Origin: Pecten maximus
Lineage: Eukaryota
Length of the DNA: 64,000 bases
Assembly: GCF_902652985.1 (NCBI RefSeq)
Contig: NC_047019.1
Coordinates: 46,128,001 to 46,192,000, forward strand
Direction of reading: 5' to 3'
The notes beneath the pieces are model-generated. The model was not told the origin of the DNA and did no database searches. It was given only the letters and a program-made list of their open reading frames with translations. The position numbers and the translations under genes were made by a program. This document shows positions 26,084-40,920 of the stretch, in pieces. Each line of letters begins with the position of its first letter. Position 1 is the first letter of the stretch.

Positions 26084-26559
26084 GAGTTACAGGACGGGGT
26101 ATGAGTTACAGGACGGGGTATGAGTTACAGGACGGAGTATGAGTTACAGGACGGAGTATGAGTTACAGGACAGGGTATGAGTTACAGGACGGAGTATGAG
26201 TTACCGGACAGGGTATGAGTTACAGGACGGGGTATGAGTTACAGGACGGGGTATGAGTTACAGGACGGAGTATGAGTTACAGGACTGGGTATGAGTTACC
26301 GGACAGGGTATGAGTTACAGGACAGGGTATGAGTTACAGGACGGAGTATGAGTGACAGGACTGGGTATGAGTTACAGGACGGGGTATGAGTTACAGGACT
26401 GGGTATGAGTTACAGGACAGGGTATGAGTTACAGGACGGAGTATGAGTGACAGGACTGGGTATGAGTTACAGGACGGGGTATGAGTTACAGGACTGGGTA
26501 TGAGTTACAGGACGGAGTATGAGTTACAGGACGGGGTATGAGCTACAGGACGGAGTATC
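26084..26559. repeat. Minisatellite, 19-bp unit, 25 copies
   Basis: GAGTTACAGGACGGGGTAT repeated. Confidence 0.97.
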
Positions 26560-27229
26560 TGAGGGAGTTTCAGTTTAATAGAAGCACCCGTAAATCCTTT
26601 TGGTGAACTACATGTGCTTTATAACAAACGCAGTTGTAACAATCTGCAAAACGAATCATTTTCACTTATGTTAAGATATATTTGGTGCCTGTACCCCCTT
26701 CATCTGCTGAAACATTCACAGGATCGTCTCTCCTCTCTCGATGATAGATGGACCACTCCAGGTGCAACATTCATTGAACATTGAAAATCAAACAAGTTGT
26801 GAACTACCCTAACCCTGCTCTATCTGGTCCAATCAGCACTAAGGCACGTTTCCTTTGTTGAGTGACATATCTCTCCGTCCTTTGTACCCATCATACGACA
26901 AACAAATAACTCTCTCTGGTAAAGTTTATATGCCTACATGTATTCAGAATTAATCAATCTGTTTTAACCTTCATATATTTGCTGTCACTTTTTTACTTAA
27001 CATAACTTGATCTGCTTTAATGTTATCGAAGTGTGTATCATTACCTACTCTGTAATAGAATCTTTGTATAATGAATACTTGCTCTGCAATATCATTACTC
27101 CGCTAAAAGATCATTATAACGTGTATAATATGATTGTGTATAATATATTGATTGTGTATTCCGTACAGATCCTTATAACGTGTTAAATAGACTCCTTATT
27201 CCGTATAAATCCTTATAACTTGTGAAATA

Positions 27230-27455
27230 AAATGTAAACTTTATTTATTTTACAACAATTGCGAAACAAGTTATACGCTTGTTGGCCCGGATGGAAGCGC
27301 GCGAGGGGTCTTACTGTGGGAGGAAACCGGAGTACCCGGGGGAAACCCACGTGGTCGGGCAGGTGACCTCATACCTTTCACGTCCGATCGGGGAATCCAA
27401 CCCCGGTCGCCTAGGTGAAAGGCAAGAGTGTTACCACTGTGCCACCCGACCACCC
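27230..27455 (-). mobile_element. Full-length tRNA-derived V-type SINE with 13-bp target-site duplication
   Basis: A box TGGCACAGTGG (27444-27434) and B box GGTTGGATTCCC (about 27402-27391). V-domain-like GTGGGTTTCCCCCGGGTACTCCGGTTTCCTCCCAC and an AATAAATAAAG tail. Flanked by AACTTGTGAAATA (27217-27229) and AACTTCTGAAATA (27456-27468). Confidence 0.88.
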
Positions 27456-27518
27456 AACTTCTGAAATAGACCGATTGCTTATTCCGTAAAGATTATTACA
27501 ACCTTATAAACCGTCAGG

Positions 27519-30500
27519 AAATACCTGATACTAAACAGGTTATTCCTGACATATAAATACCTCATACTAAACAGGTTATTCCTCACATATAAATACCTGA
27601 TACCAAACATGCTTCTCCTCACATATAAATACCTGATACTAAACAGGCTATTCCTCACATATAAATACCTCATACTAAACAGAATATTCCTCACATATAA
27701 ATACCTCATACTAAACAGGCTATTCCACACATATAAATACCTGATACCAAACAGAATATTCCTCACATATAAATACCTGATACCAAACAGGTTATTCCTC
27801 ACATATAAATACCTGATACTAAACAGGCTATTCCACACATATAAATACCTCATACTAAACAGAATATTCCTCACATATAAATACCTCATACTAAACAGAA
27901 TATTCCTCACATATAAATACCTCATACTAAACAGAATATTCCACACATATAAATACCTGATACTAAACAGAATATTCCTCACATATAAATACCTCATACT
28001 AAACAGGCTATTCCTCACATATAAATACCTCATACTAAACAGAATATTCCTCACATATAAATACCTCATACTAAACAGAATATTCCTCACATATAAATAC
28101 CTCATACTAAACAGGCTATTCCTCACATATAAATACCTGATACCAAACAGGCTATTCCTCACATATAAATACCTCATACTAAACAGGCTATTCCTCACAT
28201 ATAAATACCTGATACTAAACAGGTTATTCCTCACATATAAATACCTGATACTAAACAGGCTATTCCTCACATATAAATACCTGATACTAAACAGGCTATT
28301 CCTCACATATAAATACCTGATACTAAACAGGCTATTCCTCACATATAAATACCTGATATCAAACAGGTTATTCCTCACATATAAATACCTGATACTAAAC
28401 AGGTTATTCCTCACATATAAATACCTGATATCAAACAGGTTATTCCTCACATATAAATACCTGATATCAAACAGGCTATTCCTCACATATAAATACCTGA
28501 TATCAAACAGGCTATTCCTCACATATAAATACCTCATACTAAACAGGCTATTCCTCACATATAAATACCTCATACTAAACAGGCTATTCCCCACATATAA
28601 ACACCTGATACTAAACAGGCTATTCCTCACATATAAATACCTGATATCAAACAGACAATTCCTCACATATAAATACCTGATATCAAACAGGCTATTCCTC
28701 ACATATAAATACCTGATATCAAACAGACAATTCCTCACATATAAATACCTGATACCAAACAGCCTATTCCTCACATATAAATACCTCATACTAAACAGGC
28801 TATTCCTCACATATAAATACCTCATACTAAACAGGCTATTCCCCACATATAAATACCTCATACTAAACAGGCTATTCCCCACATATAAATACCTGATACT
28901 AAACAGGTTATTCCTCACATATAAATACCTGATACTAAACAGAGTATTCCACACATATAAATACCTGATACTAAACAGAATATTCCTCACATATAAATAC
29001 CTGATACTAAACAGGTTATTCCTCACATATAAATACCAGATACTAAACAGGCTATTCCACACATATAAATACCTGATACTAAACAGGTTATTCCTCACAT
29101 ATAAATACCTCATACTAAACAGAGTATTCCTCACATATAAATACCTCATACTAAACAGAATATTCCTCACATATAAATACCTGGTACTAAACAGGCTATT
29201 CCTCACATATAAATACCTGGTACTAAACAGCCTATTCCTCACATATAGATACCTGATACTAAACAGGTTATTCCTCACATATAAATACCAGATACTAAAC
29301 AGGCAATTCCTCACATATAAATACCTCATACTAAACAGGCTATTTCTCACATATAAATACCTGATACTAAACAGGCTATTCCTCACATATAAATACCTGA
29401 TACTAAACAGGCTATACCTCACATATAAATACCTCATACCAAACAGGCTATACCTCACATATAAATACCTGATATCAAACAGGCTATTCCTCACATATAA
29501 ATACCTGATACTAAACAGGCTATTCCTCACATATAAATACCTGATATCAAACAGGCTATTCCTCACATATAAATACCTGATACTAAACAGGTTATTCCTC
29601 ACATATAAATACCTCATACTAAACAGAGTATTCCTCACATATAAATACCTCATACTAAACAGACAATTCCTCACATATAAATACCTGATACTAAACAGGT
29701 TATTCCTCACATATAAATACCTCATACTAAACAGGCTATTCCTCACATATAAATACCTCATACTAAACAGGCTATTCCTCACATATAAATACCTGATACT
29801 AAACATGCTATTCCTCACATATAAATACCTGATACTAAACAGGCTATTCCTCACATATAAATACCTCATACTAAACAGGCTATTCCTCACATATAAATAC
29901 CTGATACCAAACAGGCTATTCCTTACATATAAATACCTGATATCAAACAGGCTATTCCACATATATAAATACCTGATACCAAACAGGCTATTTCTCACAT
30001 ATAAATACCTCATACTAAACAGGCTATTCCCCACATATAAATACCTGATATCAAACATGCTATTCCTCACATATAAATACCTCATACCAAACATGCTATT
30101 CCTCACATATAAATACCTGGTACTAAACAGGCTATTCCTCACATATAAATACCTGGTACTAAACAGGCTATTCCACACATATAAATACCTGATACTAAAC
30201 AGACAATTCCTCACATATAAATACCTGATATCAAACAGAATATTCCTCACATATAAATACCTGATACTAAACAGGCTATTCCTCACATATAAATACCTGA
30301 TATCAAACAGGCTATTCCACACATATAAATACCTGATACTAAACAGACAATTCCTCACATATAAATACCTGATATCAAACAGAATATTCCTCACATATAA
30401 ATACCTGATACTAAACAGGCTATTCCTCACATATAAATACCTGATATCAAACAGGCTATTCCTCACATATAAATACCTGATATCAAACAGGCTATTCCTC

Positions 30501-33500
30501 ACATATAAATACCTGATATCAAACAGGCTATTCCTCACATATAAATACCTGGTACTAAACAGGCTATTCCTCACATATAAATACCTGATATCAAACAGGC
30601 TATTCCTCACATATAAATACCTGATACTAAACAGGCTATTCCTCACATATAAATACCTGATACTAAACAGGCTATTCCTCACATATAAATACCTGATACT
30701 AAACAGGCTATTCCTCACATATAAATACCTGGTACTAAACAGGCTATTCCTCACATATAAATACCTCCTACTAAACAGGCTATACCTCACATATAAACAC
30801 CTGGTACTAAACAGGCTATTCCTCACATATAAATACCTGATACTAAACAGGCTATTCCTCACATATAAATACCTGATACTAAACAGGCTATTCATCACAT
30901 ATAAATACCTGGTACTAAACAGGCTATTCCTCACATATAAATACCTCATACTAAACAGGCTATACCTCACATATAAACACCTGGTACTAAACAGGCTATT
31001 CCTCACATATAAATACCTGATACTAAACAGGCTATTCCTCACATATAAATACCTGGTACTAAACAGGCTATTCCTCACATATAAATACCTGGTACTAAAC
31101 AGGCTATTCCTTACATATAAATACCTGGTACTAAACAGGCTATTCCTCACATATAAATACCTGATACTAAACAGGCTATTCCTCACATATAAATACCTGG
31201 TACTAAACAGGCTATTCCTCACATATAAATACCTGGTACTAAACAGGCTATTCCTCACATATAAATACCTGGTACTAAACAGGATATTCCTTACATATAA
31301 AAACCTGGTACTAAACAGGTTATTCCTCACATATAAATACCTCATACTAAACAGGCTATACCTCACATATAAATACCTGATATCAAACAGGCTATTCCTT
31401 ACATATAAATACCTGGTACTAAACAGGCTATTCCTCACATATAAATACCTGATACTAAACAGGCTATTCCTCACATATAAATACCTGGTACTAAACAGGC
31501 TATTCCTCACATATAAATACCTGGTACTAAACAGGCTATTCCTCACATATAAATACCTGGTACTAAACAGGCTATTCCTTACATATAAATACCTGGTACT
31601 AAACAGGTTATTCCTCACATATAAATACCTGGTACTAAACAGGTTATTCCTCATATATAAATACCTGGTACTAAACAGGCTATACCTCACATATAAATAC
31701 CTGATATCAAACAGGCTATTCCTTACATATAAATACCTGGTACTAAACAGGCTATTCCTCACATATAAATACCTGGTACTAAACAGGCTATTCCTCACAT
31801 ATAAATACCTGATACTAAACAGGCTATTCCTCACATATAAATACCTGGTACTAAACAGGTTATTCCTCACATATAAATACCTGGTACTAAACAGGTTATT
31901 CCTCACATATAAATACCTGGTACTAAACAGGCTATACCTCACATATAAATACCTGATATCAAACAGGCTATTCCTTACATATAAATACCTGGTACTAAAC
32001 AGGCTATTCCTCACATATAAATACCTGGTACTAAACAGGCTATTCCTCACATATAAATACCTGATACTAAACAGGCTATTCCTCACATATAAATACCTGG
32101 TACTAAACAGGCTATTCCTCACATATAAATACCTGGTACTAAACAGGCTATTCCTCACATATAAATACCTGATACTAAACAGGCTATTCCTCACATATAA
32201 ATACCTGGTACTAAACAGGTTATTCCTCACATATAGATACCTGGTACTAAACAGAATATATCTCACATATAAATACCTGATACTAAGCAGACAATTCCTC
32301 ACATATAAATACCTGATACTAAACAGGCTATTCCACACATATAAATACCTGGTACTAAACAGGTTATTCCTCACATATAAATACCTGATACTAAACAGGC
32401 TATTCCTTACATATAAATACCTCATACTAAACAGAGTATTCCTCACATATAAATACCTGATACTAAACAGGCTATTCCTCACATATAAATACCTGGTACT
32501 AAACAGGTTATTCCTCACATATAAATACCTGATACTAAACAGGTTATTCCTCACATATAAATACCTCATACTAAACAGAGTATTCCTCACATATAAATAC
32601 CTGATACTAAACAGAGTATTCCTCACATATAAATACCTGATACTAAACAGAGTATTCCTCACATATAAATACCTGATACTAAACAGAGTATTCCTCACAT
32701 ATAAATACCTCATACTAAACAGAGTATTCCTCACATATAAATACCTGATACTAAACAGAGTATTCCTCACATATAAATACCTGGTACTAAACAGGTTATT
32801 CCTCACATATAAATACCTGATACTAAACAGGCTATTCCTGACATATAAATACCTCATACTAAACAGAGTATTCTTCACATATAAATACCTGATACTAAAC
32901 AGCCTATTCCTCACATATAAATACCTCATACTAAACAGGCTATTCCTCACATATAAATACCTGATACTAAACAGGCTATTCCCCACATATAAATACCTGA
33001 TATCAAACAGGCTATTCCACACATATAAATACCTGATACTAAACAGGCTATTCCTCACATATAAATACCTGGTACTAAACAGGTTATTCCTCACATATAA
33101 ATACCTGGTACTAAACAGGTTATTCCTCATATATAAATACCTGGTACTAAACAGGCTATACCTCACATATAAATACCTGATATCAAACAGGCTATTCCTT
33201 ACATATAAATACCTGGTACTAAACAGGCTATTCCTCACATATAAATACCTGGTACTAAACAGGCTATTCCTCACATATAAATACCTGATACTAAACAGGC
33301 TATTCCTCACATATAAATACCTGGTACTAAACAGGTTATTCCTCACATATAAATACCTGGTACTAAACAGGTTATTCCTCACATATAAATACCTGGTACT
33401 AAACAGGCTATACCTCACATATAAATACCTGATATCAAACAGGCTATTCCTTACATATAAATACCTGGTACTAAACAGGCTATTCCTCACATATAAATAC

Positions 33501-35806
33501 CTGGTACTAAACAGGCTATTCCTCACATATAAATACCTGATACTAAACAGGCTATTCCTCACATATAAATACCTGGTACTAAACAGGCTATTCCTCACAT
33601 ATAAATACCTGGTACTAAACAGGCTATTCCTCACATATAAATACCTGATACTAAACAGGCTATTCCTCACATATAAATACCTGGTACTAAACAGGTTATT
33701 CCTCACATATAGATACCTGGTACTAAACAGAATATATCTCACATATAAATACCTGATACTAAACAGACAATTCCTCACATATAAATACCTGATACTAAAC
33801 AGGCTATTCCACACATATAAATACCTGGTACTAAACAGGTTATTCCTCACATATAAATACCTGATACTAAACAGGCTATTCCTTACATATAAATACCTCA
33901 TACTAAACAGAGTATTCCTCACATATAAATACCTGATACTAAACAGGCTATTCCTCACATATAAATACCTGGTACTAAACAGGTTATTCCTCACATATAA
34001 ATACCTGATACTAAACAGGTTATTCCTCACATATAAATACCTCATACTAAACAGAGTATTCCTCACATATAAATACCTGATACTAAACAGAGTATTCCTC
34101 ACATATAAATACCTGATACTAAACAGAGTATTCCTCACATATAAATACCTGATACTAAACAGAGTATTCCTCACATATAAATACCTCATACTAAACAGAG
34201 TATTCCTCACATATAAATACCTGATACTAAACAGAGTATTCCTCACATATAAATACCTGGTACTAAACAGGTTATTCCTCACATATAAATACCTGATACT
34301 AAACAGGCTATTCCTGACATATAAATACCTCATACTAAACAGAGTATTCTTCACATATAAATACCTGATACTAAACAGCCTATTCCTCACATATAAATAC
34401 CTCATACTAAACAGGCTATTCCTCACATATAAATACCTGATACTAAACAGGCTATTCCCCACATATAAATACCTGATATCAAACAGGCTATTCCACACAT
34501 ATAAATACCTGATACTAAACAGGCTATTCCTCACCTATAAATACCTGATATCAAACAGAATATTCCTCACATATAAATACCTCATACTAAACAGCCTATT
34601 CCTCACATATAAATACCTGATACCAAACAGGCTATTCCCCACATATAAATACCTGATACTAAACAGCCTATTCCTCACATATAAATACCTGATACTAAAC
34701 AGGCTATTCCTCACATATAAATACCTGATATCAAACAGGCTATTCCTCACATATAAATACCTGATACTAAACAGGCTATTCCTCACATATAAATACCTGA
34801 TATCAAACAGGCTATTCCTCACATATAAATACCTGATACTAAACAGGCTATTCCTCACATATAAATACCTGATATCAAACAGGCTATTCCCCACATATAA
34901 ATACCTGATACTAAACAGGTTATTCCTCACATATAAATACCTGATACTAAACAGGCTATTCCACACATATAAATACCTGATACTAAACAGGTTATTCCTC
35001 ACATATAAATACCTGATATCAAACAGGCTATTCCTCACATATAAATACCTGATACTAAACAGGTTATTCCTCACATATAAATACCTGATATCAAACAGGC
35101 TATTCCTCACATATAAATACCTGATACTAAACAGGCTATTCCTCACATATAAATACCTGATATCAAACAGGCTATTCCTCACATATAAATACCTGATACT
35201 AAACAGGCTATTCCTCACATATAAATACCTGATACTAAACAGGCTATTCCACACATATAAATACCTGATACTAAACAGGTTATTCCTCACATATAAATAC
35301 CTGATATCAAACAGGCTATTCCTCACATATAAATACCTGATACTAAACAGGTTATTCCTCACATATAGATACCTCATACTAAACAGGCTATTCCTCACAT
35401 ATAAATACCTGATACTAAACAGGCTATTCCTCACATATAAATACCTGATACTAAACAGGCTATTCCTCACATATAAATACCTCATACTAAACAGAGTATT
35501 CCTCACATATAAATACCTGATATCAAACAGGCTATTCCTCACATATAAATACCTGATACTAAACAGGCTATTCCTCACATATAAATACCTGATACTAAAC
35601 AGGCTATTCCTCACATATAAATACCTCATACTAAACAGGCTATTCCTCACATATAAATACCTGATATCAAACAGGCTATTCCTCACATATAAATACCTGA
35701 TACTAAACAGGCTATTCCTCACATATAGATACCTCATACTAAACAGGCTATTCCTCACATATAAATACCTGATACTAAACAGGCTATTCCACACATATAA
35801 ATACCT
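27519..35806. repeat. Large minisatellite, 36-bp unit, about 230 copies
   Basis: ACATATAAATACCTGATACTAAACAGGCTATTCCTC repeated without frameshifting indels; the + frame stays open for 2733 codons. Confidence 0.99.
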
Positions 35807-36676
35807 ATAATTTACACGATTAATTAATAAATGTCCATTGTAACGCCAGCTATTGTGTTTTAACTATGGATGCACTTTAAAAAAAACACATTTGAACTAA
35901 ACTGTCTTGTTTCTCCTATTCTAATGTCATTATTTACATATTTCTTCATCAACATGGTATATTCTATAAAATGTGTGAGCTGTACAACTATCAAGTTTGT
36001 TACTGAATTATGTACAACTGGCAATGGATAGAAATAACTGGAATTCCGATTACTTTAATTAATTCGCAATTCACTGTGAACTCATGCAGTAAATGTAGCG
36101 AATTAATTTAAATGTCTGTTTTATAGAACTCATATAACATGCTTGACTTTTCAATAATTCTTTTTCATAAATATTTAATTAGACTTTCGCCACATTCTTG
36201 AGCCTAGTCAGCGGTATTGGCTGGAGAACCCCCGTCAATAATACACGGCAGCTTTACATGGTAAAACACAGCTAAATACCCCGTCAGAGCCTCGCTAGAT
36301 CTCACAGGTGCGAACTGATAAATTGAGGGATGGCCCTTTTTCAATAAAATGACTTTTTATTTAGAATTCGAGAACGTAAATAGTGACAACCGAATTGAGT
36401 AAAGTGCTGTGTGAATACATTAGCCCGCCTCTAGAATCCTACCATTCAACCGCCGACACTGAGTTGTACTCACGGAATTCCTTCGCAGAGAAAAGGGGTA
36501 GTTTATGAAATGTACAAGCTTGTAAGTTTCATGGTGTTAATTTCAATTGCTGACATTCTTTCAATTATAACGATACACACTCGAATCTGATTTCCTTAGA
36601 ATGTAAACAGTGTCGTGGCGGGCTAGTGTTCGGTACCTCGTCATTAAAACCTCTTGAGAATACTGTATACCTCTCG

Positions 36677-37166
36677 AATATTACATCTCGTCCACAAAAC
36701 CACCCGGGAATATTGTGGACTTCTAACACTTACATCTCGTCCACAAACCACCCGGGAATATTGTGGACTTCTAACACTCAAATATTACATCTCGTCCACA
36801 AAACCACCCGGGAATATTGTGGACTTCTAACACTAAAATATTACATCTCGTCCACAAAACCACCCGGGAATATTGTGGACTTCTAACCCTCAAATATTAC
36901 ATCTCGTCCACAAAAACACCCTGGAGTAGTGTGGACTTCTAACCCTCAAATATTACATCTCGTCCACAAAACCACCCGGGAATATTGTGGACTTCTAACC
37001 CCTCAAATATTACATCTCGTCCACAAAACCACCTGGGAATATTGTGGACTTCTAACCCTCAAATATTACATCTCGTCCACAAAACCACCCGGGAATATTG
37101 TGGGGACTTCTAACCCTCAAATATTACATCTCGTCCACGAAAACACCCGGGAATATTGTGGACTTC
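36677..37166. repeat. Minisatellite, about 56-bp unit, about 9 copies
   Basis: TATTACATCTCGTCCACAAAACCACCCGGGAATATTGTGGACTTCTAAC(A/C)CTCAAA repeated. Confidence 0.95.
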
Positions 37167-37489
37167 AAATTTAAAAATACATATTGATCCCGTTTCATCC
37201 TGATCATCAATCAAATCCCCTAAAGATTATTTCTTATGTTTTAATATCAATTAGAAATTAACCAGATTTCATTAAAATGTTTGCAAAAGCAGAAATGTTC
37301 AAGTGCGTAGGTGGACGCTGGTATCAAAGGAAGGAAAATAAGCAGTTCTGATATTGACGCCATCACGTTGCTCATGTAGTTTTGGTAGCAAAGTCAGATT
37401 TTTTGTAAAAATTCTTATTGCATGAATCCTGAAAGCATTGGCAAATTATCTTTCATCGTTATCACATTTGTTTTGGATAATGAACATCT

Positions 37490-37780
37490 TATTATAATTA
37501 CAAGGGTTTTACTACATGATTTTACGTGAAATATATCTGTTATAAACTGCACACTGCAGGTTGAGGAAGACAATGGGAAAGATTGATGGTCTATCATCTC
37601 ACTAGGAAAGTTGGTTGTGTTCGATATTTGTATTCCCTTGTCACAACTCATGTTCTCGTTAAACACTGTGACATAACCTAGATTTTACTTAGATTGATAT
37701 GGCGGATGAGGAGGACGGTTATTATTCAGGAACACGTGGTCTACTCTGGTAATGTGCCAATGCTTTCCGTGTAATTGTGT
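37490..37780 (+). mobile_element. Possible heavily decayed Penelope-like retroelement 3' fragment
   Basis: Broken-frame peptides QGFY and RLRKTMGKIDGL resemble the QG(Y/F)...RLKSSLRKFYGRH stretch at the end of the Penelope RT. GGACGGTTATTATTCAGGAACACGTGGTC resembles the downstream UTR motif. By-eye match only. Confidence 0.3.
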
Positions 37781-38110
37781 TGTTTGTGTTGACGATTTTG
37801 TGTACACGTTCTCTTGTAGCCTTCATATGCTTAGGTTTCGGTAGGTTTTTCACTTACTATAACTTCTACTTTATAACAACACAAAAGTAACGATAATCTG
37901 AATGTCTTCCACATCAACGTGGAATGTAACTACTCATCGTCTGTATATCGATTACATGTCAGCTGTCTTACACTCCACTAAATAATGACAAAATAACACA
38001 CAATTTACAGCGTATATTTATCAATATTTGTACCGTTTCGTTATAAGAGCATAGTTATACCTGTGGGTAAACTCAACAGGAACAGAAAGGAAAATACATT
38101 TATAGGAACG

Positions 38111-39115
38111 GAAAGAAAAACATAAATTAAGACACTGCCAGGGATAGAAAAACATAAATTAAGACACAGCCAGGAATAGAAAAACTGAAACTAAGACACA
38201 GCCAGGGATAGAAAAACATAAACTAAGACACAGCCAGGGAAGGAAAAACATAAACTAAGACACAGCCAGGGATAGAAAAACATAAACTAAGACACAGATA
38301 GGAATAGAAAACATAAACTAAGACACAGCCAGGGATAGGAAAACATAAACTAAGACACAGCCAGGGATAGAAAAACATAAACTAAGACACAGCCAGGGAT
38401 AGAAAAACATAAACTAAGACACAGCCAGGGATACGAAACCATAAACTAAGACACAGCCAGGGAAAGAAAAACATAAACTAAGACACAGCCAGGGATAGAA
38501 AAACATAAACTAAGACACAGCCAGGGATAGAAAAACATAAATTAAGACACTGCCAGGGATAGAAAAACATAAATTAAGACACAGCCAGGAATAGGAAAAC
38601 ATAAACTAAGACACTGCCAGGGATAGGAAACCATAAACTAAGACACAGCCAGGGATAGGAAACCATAAACTAAGACACAGCCAGGGAAAGAAAAACATAA
38701 ACTAAGACACAGGCAGGGAAAGAAAAACATAAACTAAGACACAGCCAGGGAAAGAAAAACATAACCTAAGACACAGCCAGGGATAGGAAACCATAAACTA
38801 AGACACAGCCAGGGATAGGAAAACATAAACTAAGACACAGCCAGGGATAGAAAAACATAAACTAAGACACAGCCAGGGATAGAAAAACATAAACTAAGAC
38901 ACAGCCAGGGATAGAAAAACATAAACTAAGACACAACCAGGGAAAGAAACATAAACTAAGACACAGCCAGGGAAAGAAAAACATAAACTAAGACACAGCC
39001 AGGGAAAGAAAAACATAAACTAAGACACAGCCAGGGAAAGAAAAACATAAACTAAGACACTGCCAGGGAAAGAAAAACATAAACTAAGACACAGCCAGGG
39101 ATAGGAAACCATAAA
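38111..39115. repeat. Minisatellite, 32-bp unit, about 31 copies
   Basis: AAAAACATAAACTAAGACACAGCCAGGGATAG repeated. Confidence 0.97.
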
Positions 39116-39492
39116 AATATTGTTTTCATTTAAGATGAGCTTAAGAAATAGAAGTAGATCCATGGGGAAAATGCATAACAATTTAATATGCTTAAATGTA
39201 AAAAGAAAACATTCAGTTACTTAGTATAATTGATAATTCGCGAAAGAACAAAATATTTTTAATTTTTATTAGATATTTGTAGTGCGTTATTATTGATGGG
39301 AAAGCAAAGAAGGCACATTGACTTATAATCCATACTGGTGATGGGAAATCAGAAGGATGTAGTATATTAAAATTAAATATATTAAATCGAAATATGCCTG
39401 AAGTTTTTAATTAGGAGGTGATAATCTATTTTATAAAAAATCATATAATCAATTCATCGCAAAAATGTTAGGGGCGATGGCCATTCTAAACG

Positions 39493-40152
39493 ACATCTTA
39501 CACACTTTATTATTGTAAATTACCACCACATCTTACACACTTTATTATTGTAAATTACCACCACATCTTACACACTTTATTATTGTAAATTACCACCACA
39601 TCTTACACACTTTATTATTGTAAATTACCACCACATCTTACACACTTTATTGTTGTAAATTACCACCACATCTTACACACTTTATTATTGTAAATTACCA
39701 CCACATCTTACACACTTTATTATAGTAAATTACCACCACATCTTACACACTTTATTATTGTAAATTACCACCACATCTTACACACTTTATTATAGTAAAT
39801 TACCACCACATCTTACACACTTTATTATTGTAAATAACCATATCTTACACACTTTATTATTATAAATTACCACCACATCTTACACACTTCATTATTGTAA
39901 ATTACCACCACATCCTACACACTTTATTATTGTAAATTACCACCATATCTTACACACTTTATTATTGTAAATTACCACCACATCTTACACACTTTATTAT
40001 TGTAAATTACCACCATATCTTACACACTGTATTATTGTAAATTACCACCACATCTTACACACTTTATTACTGTAAATTACCACCACATCTTACACACTTT
40101 ATTATTGTAAATTACCACCACATCTTACACACTTTATTATTGTAAATTACCA
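39493..40152. repeat. Minisatellite, 35-bp unit, about 19 copies
   Basis: CATCTTACACACTTTATTATTGTAAATTACCACCA repeated. Confidence 0.97.
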
Positions 40153-40920
40153 TAATATTATTTCATACCAATATTCATTGTGCAGATTTTTGTGTAATAA
40201 TTTTCATAACAATTTGTGATTTAAGTCGGATCGAAGCGCGTAATTCTATTTTTAGTGTGCAGTATTTGGTACAAGCTTCCCCATGCTGTGGTGTTAATTA
40301 ATGTGAACGCCTACTCCATTTGAACAAGACATTGTGACAGAAATACCAGTGTATGGACTCCTAGTGACACAACTAGTAAGGTCTCAGATAGCGCCACCGG
40401 TACAGGGTATTATTCGGTAACGTTACCACCGTCCTGTTGTCTTGGGCCGTGGGACGGGGCCAAATGTCGTCCCTATCGGGGACCAACATAATGTGGTCAG
40501 TCAGAATGACCAGCTGGTTTAAGCCTTTGTATTTACATAACTATTGCTAACTGGAATCGGCTTGAAATGTGAAATAGTTTGGATCTAACATCTACTTATT
40601 CTGTCGTTATCGTGTTTCCATGTTTAGTTACAATTTCACGTCTGTTTGTAACAAAGCCAGGTCGCGTGACTGGGCCTGCCAATGGTGTACACCAAATTCA
40701 GCCTATCTGATAAAGATTGTTTGTTGGAACCAAAACCAGACACCCTTCTCTGTTAGCCTTGTGGTACACAAGACTATAATTAGCCATCGACTTCCGGTTA
40801 AGGGTATAGAATACCTTGTATCAATGTCGACTTCCGGTAAATCATATTCTTTACAGTAGAGTTCCTGTTTAGTATGTTTTAGATAGCAAATGGATATATT
40901 AAAAAAAGATGTACACTTAC

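Larger units (their letters stand above)
6044..40920 (-). other. sim: sim intron between coding exons 1 and 2 (34,877 bp)
   Basis: GT at 40920-40919 and AG at 6045-6044. Phases are compatible and the joined peptide is contiguous Sim sequence (VFPD-G-LGDGWG). Confidence 0.92.

Noticed and set aside
26700-26960. Possible decayed LINE 3' end (FVPIIRQTNNSL resembling FFPRTIRDWNSL)
   Set aside because: A single weak motif; not enough to call.
27271-27464. tRNA gene or short ORFs
   Set aside because: The A and B boxes belong to a SINE head followed by a V-domain, tail and TSD, and a second truncated copy exists at 20278.
27479-35810. Giant ORFs of 2733 aa (+), 2351 aa and 419 aa (-)
   Set aside because: These are pure translations of a 36-bp tandem unit (a multiple of 3), open on both strands, with no unique domain, and they lie inside the sim intron.
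40703-40920. C-terminal 72 aa of the 130-aa ORF containing the bHLH
   Set aside because: Read-through into the intron past a perfect GTAAGT donor; Sim similarity stops exactly at the donor.
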